A DNA stretch of 34,539 nucleotides from Actinomycetota bacterium (GTDB taxonomy: Bacteria > Actinomycetota > UBA4738 > HRBIN12), in the NCBI GenBank assembly GCA_040902755.1, contig JBBDWS010000053.1, forward strand, positions 1 through 34,539, written 5' to 3'. The position numbers were made by a program, and so were the translations under genes. Shown here piece by piece: positions 1 through 5,938 of this stretch (the first letter of the stretch is position 1; each line of letters begins with the position of its first letter). Under the pieces are notes generated by a model, which saw only the letters and a program-made list of their open reading frames with translations, was not told where the DNA came from and searched no databases.

Positions 1-50
1 TCGAGGATGCGGCGCGCGTCGCTCGGGTCCATGGTTGGGCGAGTCTAGCA

Positions 51-77
51 AGGGGAACTATCCCCTTGAGGGCGGTA
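51..77. repeat. Left terminal inverted repeat (27 bp) of the IS1595-family element
   Basis: Perfect reverse complement of 2707..2733. It contains an internal hairpin aagggga-acta-tcccctt. Confidence 0.85.
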
Positions 78-101
78 CAGGCACGTCCTTCATGCCTCGA
101 C

Positions 102-887
102 CTAGAGGAATTTCCCCAGCACTTCCGCGACGAGGCGTTCGACTTGCCCAACAAACGGAAGCAGATAGGGGCCGTCTTGAACGGCTATTTGTCTGGCCGC
201 ATCGAAGTCCACGCTCACGTCGGGTTTTTGCTCCGGGGGAAACGGCGAGTAGATGTTGATCGATACAGCCTTTGTGTGAGGCTCAAACGGCTCACCCGGC
301 TGGCCGCGGTGAAGGATCTGGGTTCTGGTCCCAAGGGGGCTGCGGAATTCATAGACATGCGGGCGGATCACGGTAACAACCAACTCGCGATGCTTCTCCC
401 GACCGCTCAGCCGAAACAACCTCAACAACACTTTTCCTGGATGGTCCCAACGCCTACCCGTATACGGCTGGAATGGCGAAAGGCGGCGGCATACACCCAT
501 CCGGACACCGGGCAGATGCGTGTTGCACGACTTGTTGATGAAGTGGGAGAAGTTCTTCTCACTGAGGGGGAAGTACACGCTGGTCGAGTCCTTCAACTCC
601 GGCTTGTCTCCGGCCCCGACCAACTCGGCTGGGAGATAGTCAAGCGCGCCCCGGAAGTTGGTCAGGGTGTCTCCCAGCATGAGGCTCCAACGATGCGGCA
701 GCGGGCGCATCGTCTCGACCCAAAAATCGACCGTGTGGTTCTCAATATCGATCTTCCGTCGAAAGGTTACGGGCCGCTCGGAGTCGAGATCGGCCCACAT
801 GAAAATGTCGCGTTTGAGTTCGCGGGCGTGCTTCTGAGCCCACTCAAACTTCGTAAGGGCTCCGCTAAGGTCGAGGCGGGCCACCAT
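102..887 (-). CDS. Hypothetical protein, 261 aa (IS cargo, no family recognised)
   Basis: Track ORF 102..1160 trimmed to the in-frame ATG at 887 (MVARLDLSGALTKFEW...). Third codon positions are G/C-rich. It is co-directional with the transposase and lies inside the TIRs. No convincing SD. Confidence 0.55.
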   Translation of the reverse strand: MVARLDLSGALTKFEWAQKHARELKRDIFMWADLDSERPVTFRRKIDIENHTVDFWVETMRPLPHRWSLMLGDTLTNFRGALDYLPAELVGAGDKPELKDSTSVYFPLSEKNFSHFINKSCNTHLPGVRMGVCRRLSPFQPYTGRRWDHPGKVLLRLFRLSGREKHRELVVTVIRPHVYEFRSPLGTRTQILHRGQPGEPFEPHTKAVSINIYSPFPPEQKPDVSVDFDAARQIAVQDGPYLLPFVGQVERLVAEVLGKFL

Positions 888-908
888 GTCGCGTAGAATG
901 GAGACACG

Positions 909-1076
909 ATGCCGAGTAAGAAGCAAACCGAACCCAAGCAGGAAACCGAGAAGGGCTACAAGATTCCCGTCCCCAAGAAGGACGAGTTCTTCGACGCGCT
1001 GGGGAAGGCTGCCCGAACGCCTAAGCGCCCGGAATCCGAGACAGGAAAGCGTCGAACATCCCGCGACGACCGGTGA
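909..1076 (+). CDS. Candidate small Lys/Glu-rich protein, 55 aa (MPSKKQTEPKQETEKGYKIPVPKKDEFFDALGKAARTPKRPESETGKRRTSRDDR)
   Basis: It is below the ORF-track size cutoff. ATG 909 has GGAG (900..903) 5 nt upstream, third positions are G/C-rich, and the stop is TGA at 1074..1076. It is divergent from the 261-aa gene. Its last 56 nt overlap the transposase 3' end on the opposite strand, which lowers confidence. Confidence 0.3.
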   Translation: MPSKKQTEPKQETEKGYKIPVPKKDEFFDALGKAARTPKRPESETGKRRTSRDDR

Positions 1077-1962
1077 CATCCCGGTTGTTGTAACGGAACG
1101 CGTACTCGTCCAAGTACGACTGCAAGTGCTTGGTGGATACGTTGTGGTAGACGCCACCAAGCCCGCGCTTCACGGTCGCCCAAAAACCCTCAATCGTGTT
1201 GGTGTGGACGGTCCCGCTGACATAGACGCCCTGGGCGTGGTTGACGCGTCCGTGGGTGTATCCGAGCGATTCCAGATCGCGGTAGACGTAAGACTCGTCC
1301 GAGAACACGGTGGACGCGGGAAGGATGCGCTCCTTGGCGTGAGGCATCAGATGGTGCTTCTTCGCGGACTCCGCGACCTGCACCACAACCTTCCCGGTCC
1401 CGCTGGGGCCGCGCTGCACCATCCCGATAACCGGGGTCTTGGTGACAGGGCCAGTCCCCTTGTGGGGGCGCTTCCCTTCGTGCTTCCACTTGTCCTTCCC
1501 GCCGAAGTAGGACTCGTCCACCTCGACGGTTCCGCCCACCATCAAGTCGTCTTGGGACAGCAGGGACCGGATGCGGTTGGCCATGCGCCAGGCGGTCTTG
1601 TAGGTGACGCCCAACTCCCGTTCCATCTGCTTCGCGGAGATACCGCATCGAGTGCTGGCCATGAGGTACATCGCGTAGAACCACAGCTTCAGCGAAGTGG
1701 CCGAATCCTCGAAGATCGTCCCGACCATCGGGTGTACGCGGTGGCCGCAGAACTGGCAGGAATAGGACGGGCGCGACTTCTCCCGATGGTGCTTGGTGAT
1801 CTTGCCGCATGTCGGGCAGAACGCACCATCGGGGTAGCGGAAGCGGTAGAGCCAGTCGAGGCAGGACGCATCGTCGGGGAACTCCCGCTCGAACTCCATG
1901 AGGGAGTAGCGGGATTCGGAAGCCCTCGACCGCTTCGGATTGTTCCGATCCGCCTTCGACAT
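1021..1962 (-). CDS. IS1595 family (ISXO2-like) DDE transposase with N-terminal zinc ribbon
   Basis: 313 aa. Zn-ribbon CPTCG...CQFCGH; motifs VEVDESYFGGK, FSDESYVY, HTNTIEGFWATVKRGLGGVYHNVSTKHLQSYLDEYAFRYNNR are typical of the Zn_Tnp_IS1595 and DDE_Tnp_IS1595 domains. Confidence 0.9.
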   Translation of the reverse strand: MSKADRNNPKRSRASESRYSLMEFEREFPDDASCLDWLYRFRYPDGAFCPTCGKITKHHREKSRPSYSCQFCGHRVHPMVGTIFEDSATSLKLWFYAMYLMASTRCGISAKQMERELGVTYKTAWRMANRIRSLLSQDDLMVGGTVEVDESYFGGKDKWKHEGKRPHKGTGPVTKTPVIGMVQRGPSGTGKVVVQVAESAKKHHLMPHAKERILPASTVFSDESYVYRDLESLGYTHGRVNHAQGVYVSGTVHTNTIEGFWATVKRGLGGVYHNVSTKHLQSYLDEYAFRYNNRDVTGRRGMFDAFLSRIPGA

Positions 1963-2002
1963 GCCGTATATGTACCATACGGCAGTACTGCCGTCAAGTA
2001 CC

Positions 2003-2230
2003 CTAGGCGGTTTCTAGCACCGACTCGGCGGGCAGCGTGCCGATACGCTGGCCCTTGTCGTCGAGCGCGACAACAGCCACTAGTGAAAGCCGACCACGCC
2101 TCTCGCTCACGATCTCGTCGAGAAGCACGCGCAGGCCTGCCCACGTCGTGGCCGAACCCACGTTCGACCCTCCGTGGGCCTCATAGAGCACGTAGCAAGC
2201 GGCGTCGTGAGGGAAGTCCATGTCAGTCAT
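2003..2230 (-). CDS. Hypothetical protein, 75 aa (IS cargo; downstream partner of an overlapping gene pair)
   Basis: ORF track. Its ATG overlaps the stop of the 157-aa ORF by 8 nt (2223..2230), which suggests translational coupling. No recognisable family. Confidence 0.5.
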   Translation of the reverse strand: MTDMDFPHDAACYVLYEAHGGSNVGSATTWAGLRVLLDEIVSERRGRLSLVAVVALDDKGQRIGTLPAESVLETA

Positions 2231-2696
2231 CGTACTCCCGTCTTTCTAGTATCGAGAACACGTCCTCGACCCTTGAGGGGTCTGCCAAATCTTGCGCTGG
2301 CCCCCATATACCCCAGTGCTCACGCTCGGGACCGATCCACCCGCAAGCGTGGCCATCGTCCGGAGACACTCGAAAGCGTGCAATATGGGAGAAGGGCGTT
2401 ATTTCGCCCTTCTTTTCCAGGATTGGGTTGAGAACATCGCGGGCGGTATCCCTCGCGATTCTCTCGCCGGTCCAAGCCGAGAATCCTCGGTACGTGAAGT
2501 GGTCCTCGCGCGGGAACCGATCACGCAACTCGAATTCGGCGGCGAAGTCGTCGGTCAGCGGCGGGTCGTTCCTCACGAAGCGCCAGAACACCAACTCGGC
2601 CACTGGCACCCCTACGATGAAGGGTCCCTCGCGCCACCCGCCTGTCAGTTCCCAGAGTTCGTCGGGGGTAGGGGGCGTGACCATGTGGCTGGTCAT
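2223..2696 (-). CDS. Hypothetical protein, 157 aa (IS cargo; upstream partner of an overlapping gene pair)
   Basis: ORF track (MTSHMVTPPTPDELWELTGGWREGPF...). It starts 11 nt inside the right TIR boundary region. No recognisable family. Confidence 0.55.
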   Translation of the reverse strand: MTSHMVTPPTPDELWELTGGWREGPFIVGVPVAELVFWRFVRNDPPLTDDFAAEFELRDRFPREDHFTYRGFSAWTGERIARDTARDVLNPILEKKGEITPFSHIARFRVSPDDGHACGWIGPEREHWGIWGPAQDLADPSRVEDVFSILERREYDD

Positions 2697-2706
2697 CCTA
2701 GCGACC

Positions 2707-2733
2707 TACCGCCCTCAAGGGGATAGTTCCCCT
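2707..2733. repeat. Right terminal inverted repeat (27 bp) of the IS1595-family element
   Basis: Perfect reverse complement of 51..77. The match stops at both the inner and outer neighbouring bases. Confidence 0.85.
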
Positions 2734-2784
2734 AGCAAGGGGTTTCGGGCCGACCGCCGATCGCGCGTCGCGCGCGGCAGGGAC

Positions 2785-4227
2785 TCAGCCCAAACGGTCT
2801 GCCGGCTCGGCCGGCACGTCGAGCACGAACGTCACGTCCTGTCCCACGCGGACCGACGTCGTGCCGCCTTGCGCCATCGCGACGCCGTTCGCCACGAACA
2901 AGCCGATCTTGCTGCCCGAGCCGGTCCCCGGCGCTCGCGCCAGGAACAGTCGTTCGGCGTCCTCCTGGCTCAGCGTGGTGCCCCGCCGCGAGACCTCCAG
3001 GACGAGCCGTCCGTCGCGAACGGCTCCCTCGACGCGGAGCGGGCCCTCGTTCGTCCACCACACCAGCGCTTCGATGAACGCCTCCAGGACCAGACGAAGT
3101 CGTTCGGGGTCCACGAACGCCTGGACATCCCCTCCTTCCCAGAGGATCTGCGGATGGTCCGGATCGCGCCCCAGTGACTCCGCAACCTGCCCGACGAGCC
3201 TGCCGACCTCGATCCGCTCGGGGAACAGGTCGAGCGAGCCGGCGGCTAGCCGAGCCGCGTCAACGAGCTGTCGCAGGATCGAGTTCAACCGGTCGGTGTC
3301 GTAGACGATCCCGGCCAGCATGAGTGCGCGTTGCTCCTCGGGCATCTGATCCCAGCGGTTGACGAGCGCGTGCCCGAATCCCTTCATCGCGGTAAGCGGC
3401 GAGCGGATGTCGTGGGCCGCCGCCGCGATCACTGTCTCGAGGACGGCACGGCGTCCCTCGCGCTGCTGGCGCGTCCACTCGAACAGGCAGACGGAGGCCG
3501 CCGCCGCGAGGTTGAGCGACTCGGCGCGGCCGACGATCGGAACGCGGACCGTCGCATCGGCGAGCCTGGACACCTCTCGCGGGAGTCCCCACGCCTCGTT
3601 CCCGAACACGAAGACCGCCGGGTCGGCAAGGTCCAGCTCGAACAGGTCCGCGTCCCCCGAAGCGTCCATGGCGAAGATGCGCCGGCCCCCGTCGCGCAGC
3701 TGTGCGATCGCATCCGGGGTTTCGACGTCCCGCACGATCGGAAGGTGGAACAGCGAGCCGGCGGACGCGCGGACCGCCTTCGGGTTGTACACGTCGACGG
3801 AATCGGAGCTGAAGACGACGCCGTCGGCACCCGCGGCGTCGGCCGAGCGAAGGACCGTTCCGGCATTGCCCGGGTCGCGGACCGAGCTCAACAGGGCCAC
3901 GCATCTCGAGGAGGACACGACGGATCCGAGGCCGACGTCCACGAACGGGGAGACTCCGACCAGCCCCTGTGGCGTCACGGTCGATGTCAGCTTGCCCATC
4001 ACCTCGTCGCTCACGTGGACGAGCTCCGCTCCGGCCGAACGTGCGGCATCGACGAGCGGGTGTCCGGGATCGGTGTGGTAGAGGCTGGTCAGGCCATCGG
4101 GGTGGGTGAGGGCTTCGCCGACGGCCTGCGCGCCCTCGACGAGGAACCGGCGCTCGCGTTCCCGGAGCGCTCGCTTCTTCAGGCGCAGGGCGGAAGCGAC
4201 CTTCTCGTTGCGTGTCGACGTGATCAC
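2785..4227 (-). CDS. TrmH/SpoU-family RNA 2'-O-methyltransferase fused to a C-terminal histidine-kinase-like DHp/CA module
   Basis: Track ORF 2785..4302 trimmed to GTG 4227, which has GGAGG 5 nt upstream. N-terminal SpoU motifs: DPGNAGTVLRSA, FVFGNEAWGLP, VPIVGRAESLNLAAAASVCLFEW. C-terminal H-box AAAAHDIRSPLTAMKGF and a GTGSGSKIGL G2-like box. It sits where tsnR/TrmH lies after rplT in actinobacteria. Confidence 0.85.
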   Translation of the reverse strand: MITSTRNEKVASALRLKKRALRERERRFLVEGAQAVGEALTHPDGLTSLYHTDPGHPLVDAARSAGAELVHVSDEVMGKLTSTVTPQGLVGVSPFVDVGLGSVVSSSRCVALLSSVRDPGNAGTVLRSADAAGADGVVFSSDSVDVYNPKAVRASAGSLFHLPIVRDVETPDAIAQLRDGGRRIFAMDASGDADLFELDLADPAVFVFGNEAWGLPREVSRLADATVRVPIVGRAESLNLAAAASVCLFEWTRQQREGRRAVLETVIAAAAHDIRSPLTAMKGFGHALVNRWDQMPEEQRALMLAGIVYDTDRLNSILRQLVDAARLAAGSLDLFPERIEVGRLVGQVAESLGRDPDHPQILWEGGDVQAFVDPERLRLVLEAFIEALVWWTNEGPLRVEGAVRDGRLVLEVSRRGTTLSQEDAERLFLARAPGTGSGSKIGLFVANGVAMAQGGTTSVRVGQDVTFVLDVPAEPADRLG

Positions 4228-4295
4228 ACGTGCCTCCGGGGGCGTCGCCCCGGAGTGGAATCCTAGTGCCCGCGAGGTCGCCGCCTCGCAGGCAG

Positions 4296-4377
4296 GCCTC
4301 AAGCAGCGAAGCGGTAGGCCTTCGTGGGAAGCCTCAAGCAGCGAAGCGGTAGGCCTTCGTGGGAAGCCTCAAGCAGC
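4296..4377 (-). repeat. 35-bp tandem direct repeat (2 perfect units plus a 12-nt partial unit that is the rplT 3' end including its stop codon)
   Basis: gcctcaagcagcgaagcggtaggccttcgtgggaa occurs at 4296..4330 and identically at 4331..4365. gcctcaagcagc recurs at 4366..4377, covering the rplT codons GCT GCT TGA. Confidence 0.95.
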
Positions 4378-4728
4378 CAGGGCGTCCTTCGCCGTCTGGA
4401 CGAGCCGCTCGAACGCGGCGGGATCGTGCACGGCCATGTCGGCGAGGATCTTGCGGTCGAGCTCGACGCCCGCCTTCTGCAGCCCATGCATCAGCTGCGA
4501 GTACGAGATCCCGTTCTGACGGGCGCCGGCTCCGATGCGCGCGATCCACAGCCGGCGGAACTGGCCCTTGCGGTCACGACGGTCCCGGTACGCGTACTGG
4601 CCGGAGTGAAGCAACTGCTCCTTGGCCACGCGATACCGCCGGGAGCGCGCGGCGTAATACCCCTTCGCCTTGCGCAGGACCTCCCGACGCTTCTTCTTCG
4701 CGTGGACCGAACGTTTGACGCGCGCCAT
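4369..4728 (-). CDS. rplT: 50S ribosomal protein L20
   Basis: 119 aa, [38 protein letters not shown]...; full-length match to the L20 family. Confidence 0.97.
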   Translation of the reverse strand: MARVKRSVHAKKKRREVLRKAKGYYAARSRRYRVAKEQLLHSGQYAYRDRRDRKGQFRRLWIARIGAGARQNGISYSQLMHGLQKAGVELDRKILADMAVHDPAAFERLVQTAKDALAA

Positions 4729-4734
4729 CTCCGC

Positions 4735-4923
4735 CTACTTCCCGAGCAGCCGACGGATGTTGGTGCGCTCGGCCCTGACCTCGGCCATGCCCTCGACCCG
4801 CCGCCGGCGGCTGCCCCTCTTCTTCGTCAGAAAGTGGTTCCCGGTCGCCTTGCGGTGAAGGACCTTCCCCGTTCGGGTGATCCGGAACCGCTTCGCCGTC
4901 GCCCGGTGCGTCTTCTGCTTCAT
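4735..4923 (-). CDS. rpmI: 50S ribosomal protein L35
   Basis: Track ORF trimmed to ATG 4923 (MKQKTHRATAKRFRITRTGKVLHRKATGNHFLTKK...), with a purine-rich GGAAGGAAGAGAG upstream. Confidence 0.93.
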   Translation of the reverse strand: MKQKTHRATAKRFRITRTGKVLHRKATGNHFLTKKRGSRRRRVEGMAEVRAERTNIRRLLGK

Positions 4924-4990
4924 CGTTGAAGCTCTCTTCCTTCCATCCTTTGCACGCGAGCCCTCGCCTTGCGAGGCCTCGCGTCGCATG

Positions 4991-5100
4991 GGCCTACCGC
5001 TTCGCACTTGAGCCGGTTCCTTCTCGGCGCGAGAGACCTAGCCTGGACCTACGCTTCGCTGCGAGCCGGTTCCAGAGACTACCGCGTCGCGGGCTGAGGC
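4991..5100 (+). repeat. Three dispersed copies of a CCTAC(C)GC(T/G)TCGC-box unit in the infC-rpmI spacer and the infC 3' end, inverted relative to the rplT tandem units
   Basis: ggcctaccgcttcgcacttgagccggttcc (4991..5020), ggacctacgcttcgctgcgagccggttcc (5045..5073), and the weaker gactaccgcgtcgcgggctgagg (5077..5099). ggcctaccgcttcgc (4991..5005) is the exact reverse complement of 4306..4320 and 4341..4355. Confidence 0.7.
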
Positions 5101-5774
5101 CCCTCCACGCTTCCCTGGGCCTGCGACTGCTCCCGGGCGCCGGAGGCTTCCTGCTCCGCCACGGGGGCTTCGGTTTCCTCCGCCGGCTTGGGGGCGGTGG
5201 CGTCCTCCACCGGTTCGGGGCTCGGCGCCGCCGCCGGCGGTTCGAGGCCCCGCTTCGACGCCTCGGTTCGTTGCTCCATCGCCTTCTTCGTCGGCCCGAT
5301 CACCATCACCATGTTGCGCCCGTCCTGCTTGGGTTGCGCCTCCACGACGGCCGTATCGCCGAGATCCTCAACCAGCCGGTCCAGGATCTTGCGCCCGAGA
5401 TCCGTGTGGGCCATCTCGCGCCCGCGGAACATGATGGTCACCTTGACCCGCGCTCCCGCCGAGAGGAACCGGACGACGTGGCCCTTCTTCGTGTCGTAGT
5501 CGTGCCGGTCGATCTTCGGGCGGAACTTGATCTCTTTGACCTCGACCCGCACCTGCTTCTTGCGGGCCTCCTTCTGGCGGATGTCGCGCTCGTACTTGAA
5601 CTTCCCGTAGTCCATGATCCTGGCCACGGGCGGGTTCGCCTGCGGCGCCACCTCCACGAGGTCGAGGTCCAGCTCTTGTGCTTGCCGGAGCGCCTCCTGC
5701 GTGGAGACGATCCCGATCTGCGACCCGTCGGCACCCACCAGCCGTACCTGCGGCGAGCGGATCCGGTCGTTTAT
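5079..5774 (-). CDS. infC: Translation initiation factor IF-3 (probable non-canonical ATA/ATC start; acidic or Pro/Ala-rich C-terminal tail)
   Basis: The track ORF starts at GTG 5738. The conserved IF-3 N-terminus (RINDRIRSPQVRLVGADGSQIGIV) continues in frame upstream to a TGA at 5799..5801. The only start-like codons there are ATA (5774) and ATC (5762). The 5' coordinate is uncertain. Confidence 0.85.
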   Translation of the reverse strand: MNDRIRSPQVRLVGADGSQIGIVSTQEALRQAQELDLDLVEVAPQANPPVARIMDYGKFKYERDIRQKEARKKQVRVEVKEIKFRPKIDRHDYDTKKGHVVRFLSAGARVKVTIMFRGREMAHTDLGRKILDRLVEDLGDTAVVEAQPKQDGRNMVMVIGPTKKAMEQRTEASKRGLEPPAAAPSPEPVEDATAPKPAEETEAPVAEQEASGAREQSQAQGSVEGPQPATR

Positions 5775-5871
5775 CCGCGGATCAGCCGAGACCCCGCATC
5801 ACCTCCCTATCGAACGAACGGCACCGGGCGTCTCCCCGATGCCGTGACGGAGCACGGTGAACCGTAGCGGG

Positions 5872-5900
5872 AGTATAGGTGCAGGTCGTGGGGGCGTCGA
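5872..5900 (-). promoter_or_regulatory. Putative sigma-70-type promoter of infC (-35 TCGACG, 17-nt spacer, -10 TATACT)
   Basis: On the minus strand: TCGACG (5900..5895), 17 nt, TATACT (5877..5872). The same TATACT -10 box recurs upstream of the rib leader and of mihF. It overlaps the hairpin cgtcgac-cggt-gtcgacg downstream of csp. Confidence 0.35.
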
Positions 5901-5938
5901 CCGGTGTCGACGGGTCGCGACATCCGCGAGGACGGGGG

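Larger units (their letters stand above)
51..2733 (-). mobile_element. IS1595-family insertion element bounded by perfect 27-bp terminal inverted repeats; carries the transposase plus 3-4 extra (passenger) ORFs
   Basis: aggggaactatccccttgagggcggta (51..77) is the exact reverse complement of taccgccctcaaggggatagttcccct (2707..2733). An 11-bp direct repeat ctagcaagggg (45..55 and 2732..2742) overlaps both ends, which fits a target-site duplication of ambiguous length. The interior encodes an IS1595/ISXO2-type DDE transposase. The interior is visibly more A/T-rich than the rest of the window. Confidence 0.75.

Noticed and set aside
1-32. Possible 5' end of a minus-strand gene (ATG at 32..30, MDPSDARRIL...) left of the IS element, which by synteny could be pheS.
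   Set aside because: Only 10 codons are visible, there is no SD, and nothing diagnostic can be seen, so it cannot be supported from this window.
886-3177. 763-aa plus-strand ORF spanning the IS element and part of the trmH-like gene. Similar long plus-strand ORFs lie at 7104..8525, 9744..11237, 11238..13883, 13899..15128, 14086..15465, 15872..17296, 22456..24225, 24379..25638, 26966..28495, 28084..29487, 30683..32014 and 32253..33851.
   Set aside because: All are Arg/Pro/Gly/Ala-rich low-complexity translations. They lie antisense to minus-strand genes that have unambiguous full-length family matches. They are typical stop-codon-poor shadow frames of high-G+C DNA.
4296-4377. Possibility that the 35-bp tandem repeat is a mini CRISPR array.
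   Set aside because: The units are directly adjacent with no spacers, there are only about 2.3 copies, there are no cas genes, and one unit is the end of rplT itself.
5079-5290. Pro/Ala/Glu-rich ~70-aa tail of IF-3 considered as a possible additional repeat-element insertion.
   Set aside because: I could see no nucleotide similarity to the priA/carB element or the box repeat. Low-complexity C-terminal tails on IF-3 are, to my recollection, common in actinobacteria.
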